Shown here one piece after another: positions 1 through 10,095 of a DNA stretch of 44,136 nt. Position 1 is the first letter of the stretch. Every line of letters begins with the position of its first letter. The translations under genes and the position numbers were made by a program. The DNA lies in the NCBI RefSeq assembly GCF_014764105.1, contig NZ_JACXUF010000001.1; one strand, written 5' to 3'. A model generated the notes under the pieces. The model saw only the letters and a list, made by a program, of their open reading frames with translations. It had not been told where the DNA came from and did no database searches. Source of the stretch: Sulfuricurvum sp. (GTDB lineage: Bacteria; Campylobacterota; Campylobacteria; Campylobacterales; Sulfurimonadaceae).

Positions 1-27
1 TTGATTTCATCAAGTGCGTAAAGTCAG
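1..27 (+). repeat. Right end of a MITE-like repeat copy (rest lies before the window)
   Basis: Reverse complement (ctgactttacgcacttgatgaaatcaa) matches 21430-21456 at 26/27 positions. Confidence 0.8.
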
Positions 28-311
28 ATACCATTATAAAAAAGCATAGCAAAAACTGTTCACATCTTCACAAAACAGCTCTCTTTCCCCTTTTACATTA
101 CAATCGTCCATATAAAATCGTGAGTGACAATTTTGGTATTTGCATAGTTTTATGGGGCAAAGAGTTAGACCTCTACGCAACGCTTGGGATCGCCTTTATA
201 CCGATGCTCTATTGCCATCACCAACACTTTATACTCAATCTCATTGCTCAATACGGCACGATCGCCCTTAAACTGGATCTCAAGCTTTATCCCTACCAAA
301 CCCCTCTTTTC

Positions 312-341
312 TTGACAATGCGATGAGGGATAGTTTATAAT
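312..341 (+). promoter_or_regulatory. Sigma70-type promoter of rho
   Basis: TTGACA (312-317), 18-nt spacer, TATAAT (336-341), 85 nt upstream of rho ATG. Confidence 0.7.
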
Positions 342-426
342 GTCGGCATAAAAACAATGACCCATCAATGGCATCTCACTAGAAAACTAGCCGAATCAAT
401 CCACACTTTACTAAGGCTTTCACTGC

Positions 427-1752
427 ATGAGCGAAAACGCAAAAACTCCCCGAAATAACTCGAAAAATCGTACCCATATCCCGGTTGAAGGGTTCACTAT
501 CGAAGCTCTCCGTACCAAAAAAATTGAAGATCTCCTTGAGATTGCTGCATCACTTAACATCGAAGATCCCAACGAACTCAAACGTCAAGATCTCGTTTTT
601 GAAATCCTCAAAACGCAGGTTCAGCAAGGGGGGTTCATCCTCTTTACCGGTATTTTGGAAATCATGCAAGATGGCTATGGATTTTTGCGTGCGGTGGATC
701 AGTCTTTCAGTGACTCGATGCACGACGCCTACGTCTCCAGCACCCAAATCCGCCGCTTTGCGCTGCGTAATGGGGATATCGTTACGGGGCAAGTCCGTGC
801 ACCAAAAGATCAGGAGCGCTACTACGCCCTTCTCAAAGTCGAAGCGATCAACTACCTCCCCCCTGAAGAGTCCAAAAAACGTCCCCTCTTTGAGAATCTG
901 ACACCACTTTATGCGTTGGAACAAATCAAACTCGAATACCAGCCGACCAAATTAACAGGACGTATGATGGATCTCTTCGCCCCAATTGGTAAAGGACAGC
1001 GCGGACTCATCGTCGCACCTCCGCGTTCGGGAAAAACCGAACTCATGAAAGAGATTGCCCACGGTATCACCAACAACCACCCTGAAGTTGAACTCATGGT
1101 TCTCCTCGTCGACGAACGTCCCGAAGAGGTTACTGATATGGAGCGTTCCGTCAAAGGGGAAGTGTACAGCTCAACGTTTGACGAACCGGCGAAAAACCAC
1201 GTCAAAGTTGCCGAAATGGTCATCGAGCGTGCAAAACGCCGCGTTGAACTAGGCAAAGACGTCGTTATCCTCCTCGACTCGATCACTCGTCTTGCCCGTG
1301 CCTACAATACCGTGACTCCGAGTTCAGGAAAAGTCCTCTCTGGTGGGGTCGATGCCAACGCTCTGCACAAACCAAAACGGTTCTTCGGTGCAGCGCGCAA
1401 CATCGAAAACGGCGGAAGTTTGACAATCATCGCGACCGCCCTCATCGAAACTGGAAGCCGTATGGATGAGGTCATTTTCGAAGAGTTCAAAGGGACGGGC
1501 AACTCCGAGATCGTCCTCAGCCGTAAAATCTCCGATCGTCGCATCTTCCCTGCGATCGATATTCTCAAATCTGGGACCCGTAAAGAGGAGCTTCTCATCG
1601 GACCTGAAATCCTCCAAAAAGTGTTTGTTCTCCGTTCGATGCTCCACAAACAAGAGGACGAAGTCGAAGCACTCCGTTTCCTATACAACACGATGCTCAA
1701 ATCAAAATCGAATATCGAATTTCTTGAGAGCATGAACGCGGATTCCAAATGA
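427..1752 (+). CDS. rho: Transcription termination factor Rho
   Basis: GYGFLR RNA-binding motif, [18 protein letters not shown]-loop, [18 protein letters not shown]. Confidence 0.99.
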   Translation: MSENAKTPRNNSKNRTHIPVEGFTIEALRTKKIEDLLEIAASLNIEDPNELKRQDLVFEILKTQVQQGGFILFTGILEIMQDGYGFLRAVDQSFSDSMHDAYVSSTQIRRFALRNGDIVTGQVRAPKDQERYYALLKVEAINYLPPEESKKRPLFENLTPLYALEQIKLEYQPTKLTGRMMDLFAPIGKGQRGLIVAPPRSGKTELMKEIAHGITNNHPEVELMVLLVDERPEEVTDMERSVKGEVYSSTFDEPAKNHVKVAEMVIERAKRRVELGKDVVILLDSITRLARAYNTVTPSSGKVLSGGVDANALHKPKRFFGAARNIENGGSLTIIATALIETGSRMDEVIFEEFKGTGNSEIVLSRKISDRRIFPAIDILKSGTRKEELLIGPEILQKVFVLRSMLHKQEDEVEALRFLYNTMLKSKSNIEFLESMNADSK

Positions 1753-1804
1753 TGGTAACACCACCGAAGCTACCAGCACAAGTACCGGAGAAGTTTAACC
1801 TACC

Positions 1805-2593
1805 ATGACTATCGGCGTATTCGATTCGGGACTGGGAGGTCTCACAATCGTCGCCACAATGCTCTCGCACCTCAGAGGCGCCGATATCATCTACATCGCC
1901 GATACGGCAAGCGCCCCTTATGGAGAAAAGTCCCCCGATCAAATCCGCGATTTTTCTATCCGTATCACCGACTATCTTGTTTCCAATTATCGTATTGATG
2001 CCCTCGTCGTCGCGTGCAATACAGCTACATCCGCCGCCATTGCCAAACTGCGGGAACGCTATCCCAACCTTATTATTGTCGGAACTGAACCGGGTCTTAA
2101 ACCGGCCATTTCTCACTCCGTTACGAAAAATGTGGGGGTACTAGCGACTCCGGCAACGCTAAATGGCGAAAAGTACAAAGCACTGGTTGCCAAGTTGAGT
2201 GAACATTACCATGTTCAGGTATTCGAGCAACCCTGTCCTGGGCTCGTTCAACAAATCGAAGCAGGAAAAGTCGACACCCAAGAGACCCTCTCGATGCTAG
2301 AGGGGTGGCTCTCTGAGATGCGCGATGCCAATGTCGATACCATCGTACTGGGGTGCACCCACTATCCGCTTGTCAAAAAGTCGATTGAGCAGGTTATGCA
2401 CCGAGCGATAATTTTTATCGACAGTGCCGAGGGGGTGACAAAACGGCTCCTCACCCTATTGGAGCAAAAAGGGCATATCAACAGCGGTTCAACGACATTA
2501 GAGATTTTGACTACCGGAGCGATTCAATCTAGCATGGTTGAGAGTGTCTTAGGCGATAAATTTAGCATTGGCATGATAAAGTTACCAGACTAA
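1805..2593 (+). CDS. murI: Glutamate racemase
   Basis: IGVFDSGLGG, PYGEK, VVACNTA, VLGCTHYP. Confidence 0.98.
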   Translation: MTIGVFDSGLGGLTIVATMLSHLRGADIIYIADTASAPYGEKSPDQIRDFSIRITDYLVSNYRIDALVVACNTATSAAIAKLRERYPNLIIVGTEPGLKPAISHSVTKNVGVLATPATLNGEKYKALVAKLSEHYHVQVFEQPCPGLVQQIEAGKVDTQETLSMLEGWLSEMRDANVDTIVLGCTHYPLVKKSIEQVMHRAIIFIDSAEGVTKRLLTLLEQKGHINSGSTTLEILTTGAIQSSMVESVLGDKFSIGMIKLPD

Positions 2594-2610
2594 AACGTTA
2601 AGAGGTCAAC

Positions 2611-4245
2611 GTGAGCACATCTGAAGTACTGGCACTCAAATACCGTCCACGCCGTTTCGAAGAATTGATCGGTCAAGAGAGTATTTCCCAAACCTTATCC
2701 CTCGCGCTCGACTCCAAGCGTCTCTCTCATGCGTACCTCTTTTCGGGACTTCGCGGGTCGGGAAAAACCTCTACCGCACGGATTTTTGCCAAATCTCTCA
2801 TTTGTGAAAACGGTCCCACCTCCACACCATGCGATGTCTGTTCGCACTGCGTTATGGCAAACGAAGGGCGCCATATCGACATCATCGAGATGGATGCTGC
2901 TTCCAGTCGCAAAATCGACGACATCCGAGATCTGATCGAACACACCAAATACCGCCCTGCAAGCGCCAGCGCCAAAATATTTATCATCGATGAAGTGCAC
3001 ATGCTCACCAAAGAGGCGCATAATGCCCTCCTCAAAACCCTCGAAGAGCCACCAGAATACGTCAAGTTTATCCTCGCGACGACCGACCCACTCAAACTCC
3101 CTCCAACCATTTTGAGCCGTACTCAGCACTTTCGATTCAAACGGATCAGCCACCCCAACATCGTACACCATCTCAGCCATATTCTCCATTTGGAGAACAT
3201 CGAATACCAAGCCGAAGCGCTCGATATTTTGGCACGTAGCGGTTCGGGAAGTCTGCGCGACACCCTCACCCTCCTTGATCAGGCAATCATCTACTCCAAA
3301 GGGTTTGTAGATGTCAAAACGGTCGCCGATATGCTGGGGCTTCTCGATCCCGATTATATCAGCCGATTGTTTGACGCTATTTTTGCCAAAGAGCGCACAA
3401 CTGTGACCGCTATGCTCCAAGAGCTTGAAGCATATGAATCGGAGATGGTGGTCGACGAATTGATTGCCTATCTTAAAGAACGATTATATGAAGGGGATCA
3501 CCGTTTTAGCCCGCTGGTGATCGAGCGCTTTTTTCGTATCCTCAGTGATGCCAAAACCCTCTTTGCGATCAATGCCGACGGCGGGTTTGTTGTGAGCCTC
3601 GTCCTCTTTAAAATGATCGAAGCACTCAAGATCAAAGAGATCGACGAGATGATCGAATCGCTCGAATCACGGGTCACACACCCTTCTCCGATCAAAACCG
3701 CCGCACCGATCGAGATCTCAAAACCCCAGAATATCCACGTCACACCAACGCCCCCTCCGCCAAAAACGCCGTTTGAGCAGTTGTGCGTCCTAATCAGCGA
3801 CCGGAGCGCCGAACTCGGTGCAAGCTTTAAAAACAACGTCTCTTTCCTCTCGTTCGAGAACAATATCCTCACGTGGGAGAGTTGCGCCAAAGGAGATGAC
3901 AAAGAGCTCCTCAAAAACAGCTTCGGTATTATCCGTCAATTTGTCCGTGAAATTTTCGGAATTGATACGCAGATCAAATCGCAAGGTTGCACCAAAGTTG
4001 CCGAGGTAGAAGTATCACCAAAAATTCATACCCCCATTGAAGAGCCTACGGTCGATGAGACTCCGATCCCAGAACCAGTCTCGATGGTCGAAGATGTCGA
4101 GATCGGTGTTGGAAGCTGTGTGAGCCAATGTGATGAGAGCAGTGTCAAAGAGTTTGATGGCACAGATGTCCTCAAAGAGCCGATGATCGAAAAAGCGGCA
4201 ACCCTCTTTGAGGCGACCAAAATCACGGTTCAATCTAAAGTTTAG
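2611..4245 (+). CDS. dnaX: DNA polymerase III subunit gamma/tau
   Basis: GTG start; LALKYRP, GLRGSGKT, Cys Zn cluster, IIDEVHML, LLKTLEEPP; Pro-rich linker. Confidence 0.97.
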   Translation: MSTSEVLALKYRPRRFEELIGQESISQTLSLALDSKRLSHAYLFSGLRGSGKTSTARIFAKSLICENGPTSTPCDVCSHCVMANEGRHIDIIEMDAASSRKIDDIRDLIEHTKYRPASASAKIFIIDEVHMLTKEAHNALLKTLEEPPEYVKFILATTDPLKLPPTILSRTQHFRFKRISHPNIVHHLSHILHLENIEYQAEALDILARSGSGSLRDTLTLLDQAIIYSKGFVDVKTVADMLGLLDPDYISRLFDAIFAKERTTVTAMLQELEAYESEMVVDELIAYLKERLYEGDHRFSPLVIERFFRILSDAKTLFAINADGGFVVSLVLFKMIEALKIKEIDEMIESLESRVTHPSPIKTAAPIEISKPQNIHVTPTPPPPKTPFEQLCVLISDRSAELGASFKNNVSFLSFENNILTWESCAKGDDKELLKNSFGIIRQFVREIFGIDTQIKSQGCTKVAEVEVSPKIHTPIEEPTVDETPIPEPVSMVEDVEIGVGSCVSQCDESSVKEFDGTDVLKEPMIEKAATLFEATKITVQSKV

Positions 4246-4266
4246 CCATTTCCTTGCCATTAAGAC

Positions 4267-4426
4267 CTGATGTTACGCACTTTGCGAGCAAAGCCCGCAA
4301 AGTGGCATGGACAAATGTCCATACAACCCCATAAAGATTGTGAATTTATCTCTTCGATATCGACCAAAAACGCTTCATCGGCATTCCATAGATTGACACC
4401 AAACAGAATCAAAGCGAGCAAGTTAG
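4267..4426 (+). mobile_element. MITE-like repeat, diverged full-length copy between convergent dnaX and HhH-GPD genes
   Basis: 4267-4336 aligns with 32907-32976 and with the reverse complement of 21502-21571. Distal part (tatctcttcgatatcg, ccatagattgacacc) resembles the reverse complement of 21430-21500. Right end degenerate (aagcgagcaagttag). Confidence 0.7.
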
Positions 4427-5064
4427 ATCAAAGAGTCTAAATTTACCCTTTTCCCTTTGCTATTTTGTTTGACATACTCCACAATCATCCCATGAAATCG
4501 CGCGTAAGCTGCAGAGAGTTGTACGGTGTCGAAATAGCCGCGCACCCCCGCTTCGCACCACTCCTGCAGCTCGTCATAGCTATCAAACTCATACCCAAAT
4601 GCATTTAACAGCCGTGCGGTATAGGCATCGACGACCATCACGGGACGGGCGCAAGCGTAGCAGAGGATAGAGTCCGCTGTTTCTGGGCCAATCCCTTTTT
4701 GCACTAATAGCCACCCTCTATCGACGCTGAGGGCAAAGGTCTCGAAATCACCAAACTCCTCGATCATATTATGTGACAAACTGATGAGATTTTGAGCTTT
4801 GGCTTTGAACAAACCGCTCGGACGGATCAGCTCCACCAACATTTCGGGATGGGTTTGAGCGAGGAGATCGGGGGCTAAAATCTCGGTACGACGGAGATTA
4901 TCAAGAGAGATTTGCACCCTCTCCCATTGGGCATTTTGGGTGAGGATCGCTCCGACAACGACTTCAAAAGTTCCATACTCTGGCCACCACAACGGCGGAG
5001 AGTTTTTGAGCAGTTTGAGGCGTTCTAATGCGCTAAAGAGTTCAAAAGAGTCGACAAGCTCCAC
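4423..5064 (-). CDS. HhH-GPD family DNA glycosylase (endonuclease III-related / 3-methyladenine glycosylase)
   Basis: WWP, FEVVVGAILTQN, KGIGPETADSILCYA, VVDAYT. GTG at 5064 preferred over 5109 because it follows the ymdB stop. Confidence 0.88.
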   Translation of the reverse strand: MELVDSFELFSALERLKLLKNSPPLWWPEYGTFEVVVGAILTQNAQWERVQISLDNLRRTEILAPDLLAQTHPEMLVELIRPSGLFKAKAQNLISLSHNMIEEFGDFETFALSVDRGWLLVQKGIGPETADSILCYACARPVMVVDAYTARLLNAFGYEFDSYDELQEWCEAGVRGYFDTVQLSAAYARFHGMIVEYVKQNSKGKRVNLDSLI

Positions 5065-5065
5065 G

Positions 5066-5875
5066 CTACTCTTCCACCCACGCATCTGTTTTGTAGATAC
5101 GCCCGTCATCGAAGATTTTGAGTTTGAACGCGTCGATACATTTTCTCTCTTCGAACGTCATGATTGCGATTTGGAGGATTTTACGGCATTTTTCGGGGAC
5201 TTCAAACCGTCCTGATACCCCCATGAGAAATTTTTCGACAGGTACCTGAGCATCCATCCCGATCACATTGTCCCTACAGCCAGTGAGTCCAATATCGGTG
5301 AGATACACCGTGCCCCTTGTGATCTGAAAATCATCACTCCCCACATGGGTGTGGGTTCCAATAATCCCCGAAACCTCCCCTTGCAAAAGCATCAACATCG
5401 CCCGCTTTTCGCTGGTCGCTTCTGCATGAAAATCGAGGAAGATATGATCCACTCCGTCGTTTTTGAGTTGTGTGACGGTGTCACGGGCACATCGAAAGGC
5501 ATTATCGACATAAGGCATCCCATAATGCCCCATGATGTTGAGCACCGCAAGGCGTTCACCCGCAACGTCAAAGATACGGCATCCCGTCCCTTTCACCCCA
5601 TCGGGATAGTTGTGAGGGCGAAGCATCGGGAGCGATTCGAGGAACGGCTCGATCTCTTTTTTGTCCCATGTGTGGTTCCCGCCACTCATGCAATCGATCC
5701 CCATTCCAAAAAGTTCCTGAGCATTTTTGATCGTCACCCCAAATCCATGCGATACGTTTTCGCAGTTGGCAACGACGAAATCGATCCCGTATTCCCATCT
5801 AAGCTTCATGAGATGCTCTTTGATCATGCTCCGTCCCGGACGACCGACAATATCTCCAATAAAGGCTAATTTCAC
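5066..5875 (-). CDS. ymdB: YmdB-like metallophosphoesterase (TIGR00282 family)
   Basis: FIGDIVG, NCEN, GNH, DFHAEATSEK, GTHTHV. Confidence 0.92.
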   Translation of the reverse strand: MKLAFIGDIVGRPGRSMIKEHLMKLRWEYGIDFVVANCENVSHGFGVTIKNAQELFGMGIDCMSGGNHTWDKKEIEPFLESLPMLRPHNYPDGVKGTGCRIFDVAGERLAVLNIMGHYGMPYVDNAFRCARDTVTQLKNDGVDHIFLDFHAEATSEKRAMLMLLQGEVSGIIGTHTHVGSDDFQITRGTVYLTDIGLTGCRDNVIGMDAQVPVEKFLMGVSGRFEVPEKCRKILQIAIMTFEERKCIDAFKLKIFDDGRIYKTDAWVEE

Positions 5876-5944
5876 TCTTTCTCCTCTGTGAGTTCATTCC
5901 TCAAGTTTCCAGCTTCGTTTCTATAGCGACCGCTGTTACCGTAT

Positions 5945-7114
5945 TCAAAAAATTTCTGATACCGTGAATGGATCGACTTGAGGCGCGTGGCATTGCGGAT
6001 CGAGGATCAATTCAACCATGACCTCATAGTGGGCGGTGTGAGGAAACATATCAAAGAGTTGCACACGGTTAATCGTATAGCCCCTTAACGTCTCCAAATC
6101 TTTAGCCAAACTCATAGCATTACAACTCGAATAGAGTATCCTCTCACTCCCGACACGAGTAAGCCATTTGCAGATTTGCTCCCCTAATCCGCGACGGGGA
6201 GGATTGACGATAATAATATCGGGCTTTTCCCCTGCTGTCGCACTGAACGTCGCCGCATCGAGCGACTCGAAGCGAAGATTATTCATCGCCAACTGAGCCG
6301 CCGAATCTCGGGCGCACGCAATCGCCTCAGCCTCGATCTCGATCCCAACGATCTGACGATCCGGTGCAGCACAATGCAGAGCAAATCCCCCAACACCGCA
6401 AAAAAGATCCCACACGATTTTCGGTTTGCTCTCCCCTGTCCATTCGGCGGCGGTTCGGTAGAGCTTCTCCGCTACGTCAGGATTGGTCTGAAAAAAGCTT
6501 TTCGGTCGGATATAAAAGGGGATGCCATTAAGCCGCTCTTCCAAACGGTGCTGCTCGGTTAAAAATATCTCCTCATCCCCCTCCAAAATTGCCATATGAA
6601 CGCTCTGGATATTGACTGTCACCACTTTGAGTTCGGGAGAACGTTCGAGCAAATCATCCAAAGCGTTTTGAAGCCGCCCGATGATCCCATGAGATCGAAG
6701 GACAAAACGGAGCATCATAGTGCCGTTGCTTTTACTGCGGGTGAGGAGGACATATTTGAGCTCCCCTTTTCGCTTTTTGAGATCGTACCCTTTGATTTTT
6801 AGCTCACGCAGCCACTCTTGAACAGTGTGCAAAACCCTCTGCATACTCGGATCATACAAGGGACACTCGATCAAACTCACCTCTTCGGAGAGCCCCAAAA
6901 CGACCCCATCAATCGTCGGAGTGGCAACCATCTTGGCTTTGTTTCGAAATCCTTTGAGCGGAGAGGTTGCCGGTTTGAGCCATTCACGTGGCGCGTATGG
7001 ATCCAAAAGGGTGTGCAGATGCTCATTTTTGAATTTAAGCTGTTCAGCATAGTGATAATCGATCCAATTACACGATCGACACTGATAGGCATCAAAATAG
7101 GAGCAAAAACTCAT
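5945..7114 (-). CDS. rlmC: 23S rRNA (uracil-747-C5)-methyltransferase
   Basis: N-terminal C..CRSC..W Fe-S motif, FRNKAKM, SFFQTN, WDLFCGVGGF, VNPPRRG, YSSCN, FDMFPHT; no TRAM domain. Confidence 0.85.
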   Translation of the reverse strand: MSFCSYFDAYQCRSCNWIDYHYAEQLKFKNEHLHTLLDPYAPREWLKPATSPLKGFRNKAKMVATPTIDGVVLGLSEEVSLIECPLYDPSMQRVLHTVQEWLRELKIKGYDLKKRKGELKYVLLTRSKSNGTMMLRFVLRSHGIIGRLQNALDDLLERSPELKVVTVNIQSVHMAILEGDEEIFLTEQHRLEERLNGIPFYIRPKSFFQTNPDVAEKLYRTAAEWTGESKPKIVWDLFCGVGGFALHCAAPDRQIVGIEIEAEAIACARDSAAQLAMNNLRFESLDAATFSATAGEKPDIIIVNPPRRGLGEQICKWLTRVGSERILYSSCNAMSLAKDLETLRGYTINRVQLFDMFPHTAHYEVMVELILDPQCHAPQVDPFTVSEIF

Positions 7115-10095
7115 AGTTTACCTTTGGCGTTACGGAGATAGTGCAACACCGCTCCGATCAGATCATCATCGTCTTTGCTCTTGCTTTGCAACGTCTCTTT
7201 GACACCGTTTTGATACTCTATGGTAATGTTTTGGTTGTAATTACTCACCATTTTGATTTTTTTCTCGATACACAACAGCTTGATCACCATAATCTCGAAA
7301 AACTGTTTTGTCGGAGTATCAGGTTTGCCGAAACGATCTCCAACCTCTTCTTCGATTTCGTAAATCTCATTTAGCGATTCACACTGACTAAGACGGCGAT
7401 AGAGCTCAAGTCTCAAACGCTCTTCACTCACCACTTCATCGCTAATAAATGCACTAACGGTAAGTTTGATATCCACTTTGGCACGCACGGCAGTTGTTTG
7501 GTTGGTGAGAAGTTTGATCGCATCCTCCAACATCCTCAAATACAACGCATAGCCGATATTTTTAATATGACCGCTTTGGGCGTCACCAACGAGATTCCCC
7601 CCGCCGCGAATTTCGAGATCATGGTACGCGAGCATCGAACCGCTTCCAAGAAACGAATTAGATTCGAGTGCAACCAGCCGTTTTTTTGCCTCTTCGGTGA
7701 GATGGTCTTTGTCATCGACGATGAAGTACGCATACCCCTCGATATGCCCCCTTCCGACACGACCGCGAAGTTGATGCAGATCCGCCATACCAAACCGATC
7801 AGCGCCGTCGATGATCATCGTATTGACCGTCGGCATATGGATCCCCGATTCGATGATTGAGGTGGCAAGGAGTACATCGTATTGGCGATCAGCAAATTTA
7901 GCCAACTCCTCTTCAGTTTGGGTTGCACTGATTTGGGAGTGGAGGATAAGGATACGCAGATCAGGGAGGATTGCTTTGAGCTCTCCCGATTTGATGATCA
8001 TCGAGTCAATCGAGTTGTGGACGTAGAATACTTGACCGCCTCGACGTAGCTCGCGCAAAATCACCTCTTTAATCAGTTTCTCGTCGTAGTTTTTAACAAA
8101 CGTCCGCACCCCGAGCCTCTCAGACGGCGGAGTGAGGAGTTCGGACATCGTTTTGATCGAACTAAGGGCTTGATTGAGACTTCTGGGGATGGGGGTAGCA
8201 CTCATGCTGAGGAGGTGGACGTTCTCGTATAGCGATTTGAGTTTCTCTTTTTGTTTTACCCCGAATTTATGCTCCTCATCGATAATAACCAATCCCAACT
8301 TCGCACAATTCACCCCAAAAAGAGCGTGCGTCCCGACGACACAATCGAGCTCTCCTGACTCTAACGCTCTAAGTGTTGCATTTTTCTCTTTGGTAGTAAC
8401 AAAACGATCCAGCTTTGCCACCCGTATCCCAAACGGCACCAAGCGCCCTTTGAGTGATTGGAAATGCTGAGAACTAAGCAAGGTCGTCGGAACGACGAGG
8501 AGCGATTGGAATCCCCCCTTTGCGGCGGTGAAAATCGCGTTCATCGCCACTTCGGTTTTCCCGAATCCAACATCTCCGATCAGCAACCGATCCATAATCT
8601 GCCCCGAAGAGAGATCACGCACGATCTCACTGATGGCACTTGCTTGATCGATCGTGTACTCAAATCCCGCAGCAGCTTGGAATGCTCTTAGCTCACCCGC
8701 ATCGACGGACATCACAGAGGCTTTCATCAGCGCACGACTTGCCGCGACCCCGACAATCTCGGAAGCGATCTCAAAGAGGCGTGCTTTAACCGTCTCTTTG
8801 AGTTTACCGAAGCTCCCTTTACCTAAACGATCGAGAACAGGAAGAGAACCAGTTGCAATGTAGCGATCAATCGTGTTGAGATTTTCGACAGGGAGGAGGA
8901 GTTTATCATCCCCCATATATTTGATGACAACAAGATCTTTGACCCCTCCGAGGATTTCGGCTTGCTCGATCCCGACAAATATCCCCACTCCATACTCTTC
9001 ATGGACGACATAATCACCCACTTTCAAATCATCAAGAAGGATCGAGGTACGGCGGCGGCGACGCTTTTTCTCATGGCGGTTGAGAGAGAAGATGACCTCA
9101 TCGGGACCGATTAGATTAAGAACGATCCCAGACCTTTTTACCGTAATTCCCTTCATATCAAAAATTCCCGCCGCTTTGAGCTGGGCATCGTTTGCGGCGA
9201 TCAGGGTGATTTTTTTGTCTTTATGGACACTTCGAAGAGTCTCGAAATCCCCGCCACCCAACAGCGCATACCGCTCCGATTCAGGGAGAATCTCCACTTC
9301 GAGCCGCTCGCGTGGTAAAACAGGCTGATTAAGTCCATAAGCTTCATCAAGGAGACTTTTCATCTCACGGATACGAGCAACCTTTTTCCCCTCACACAAA
9401 TCGACTCCGTATTCCCCCAATACCCAAAAACCAAGAGACGCAATGTCTTTGACAAAACTGTCGCTAACGACATTAGCAATCGCTTTTTCAAAATAGTGAT
9501 ATTGCTCACCGTCAAGAGAGAAAAAGGCGCTCGTTACCTCGATGCTTGCCAATTCTTCTTTCTCAGTTCGCTGAGTTTCGACATCAAAAGCTTTGATCTC
9601 TTCAATTTCATCGTCAAAAAGGCTGATACGGTACGGATTGCTTTGATTGGGGACATAGATGTCGAGGATGTCGCCGCGATGGGATACCTCCCCCTCCATC
9701 TCCACCATATCGACAAAGGTGTATCCCCAATGGATCAGTTTCTCTTTAAATCCATTCAGATTGATTCGGGAAGCGAACTCGATGGTCTCGCTTTGGAGCA
9801 ACTCAGCACACGGCATCGGGAAAAGGAGCGTTTTGAGCGGTGAAATAATAAGTGGTTTATTAGATGCCGTGTAATAGGTTCGCAGTGCGGCAAAAAGGGC
9901 AAATAACTCTTCGCTAAAAGGGCGCAAATCGTCTAAATATGTCGCACGAAAATCGGGCAATACGATATGAGGGATCTCTAAAAATGTCGATACATCGCTT
10001 AGTTCCGAGGCTTCTTTTGCATCCTCGCACACAAGGATTTCAGGAAGCCTTTTGGGATTATTTTTGACATATTCATACCATCGCGCTTGTGACAT
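7111..10095 (-). CDS. mfd: Transcription-repair coupling factor
   Basis: RGDILDIY, GDYVVH.YGVG, GDVGFGKTEVA, DEEHKFG, SATPIPR, QLRGRVGR, DLEIRGGG. Confidence 0.98.
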   Translation of the reverse strand: MSQARWYEYVKNNPKRLPEILVCEDAKEASELSDVSTFLEIPHIVLPDFRATYLDDLRPFSEELFALFAALRTYYTASNKPLIISPLKTLLFPMPCAELLQSETIEFASRINLNGFKEKLIHWGYTFVDMVEMEGEVSHRGDILDIYVPNQSNPYRISLFDDEIEEIKAFDVETQRTEKEELASIEVTSAFFSLDGEQYHYFEKAIANVVSDSFVKDIASLGFWVLGEYGVDLCEGKKVARIREMKSLLDEAYGLNQPVLPRERLEVEILPESERYALLGGGDFETLRSVHKDKKITLIAANDAQLKAAGIFDMKGITVKRSGIVLNLIGPDEVIFSLNRHEKKRRRRRTSILLDDLKVGDYVVHEEYGVGIFVGIEQAEILGGVKDLVVIKYMGDDKLLLPVENLNTIDRYIATGSLPVLDRLGKGSFGKLKETVKARLFEIASEIVGVAASRALMKASVMSVDAGELRAFQAAAGFEYTIDQASAISEIVRDLSSGQIMDRLLIGDVGFGKTEVAMNAIFTAAKGGFQSLLVVPTTLLSSQHFQSLKGRLVPFGIRVAKLDRFVTTKEKNATLRALESGELDCVVGTHALFGVNCAKLGLVIIDEEHKFGVKQKEKLKSLYENVHLLSMSATPIPRSLNQALSSIKTMSELLTPPSERLGVRTFVKNYDEKLIKEVILRELRRGGQVFYVHNSIDSMIIKSGELKAILPDLRILILHSQISATQTEEELAKFADRQYDVLLATSIIESGIHMPTVNTMIIDGADRFGMADLHQLRGRVGRGHIEGYAYFIVDDKDHLTEEAKKRLVALESNSFLGSGSMLAYHDLEIRGGGNLVGDAQSGHIKNIGYALYLRMLEDAIKLLTNQTTAVRAKVDIKLTVSAFISDEVVSEERLRLELYRRLSQCESLNEIYEIEEEVGDRFGKPDTPTKQFFEIMVIKLLCIEKKIKMVSNYNQNITIEYQNGVKETLQSKSKDDDDLIGAVLHYLRNAKGKL

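Noticed and set aside
3660-3780. Programmed -1 frameshift producing DnaX gamma
   Set aside because: No A AAA AAG or long A-run slippery site with a downstream hairpin was found in the linker
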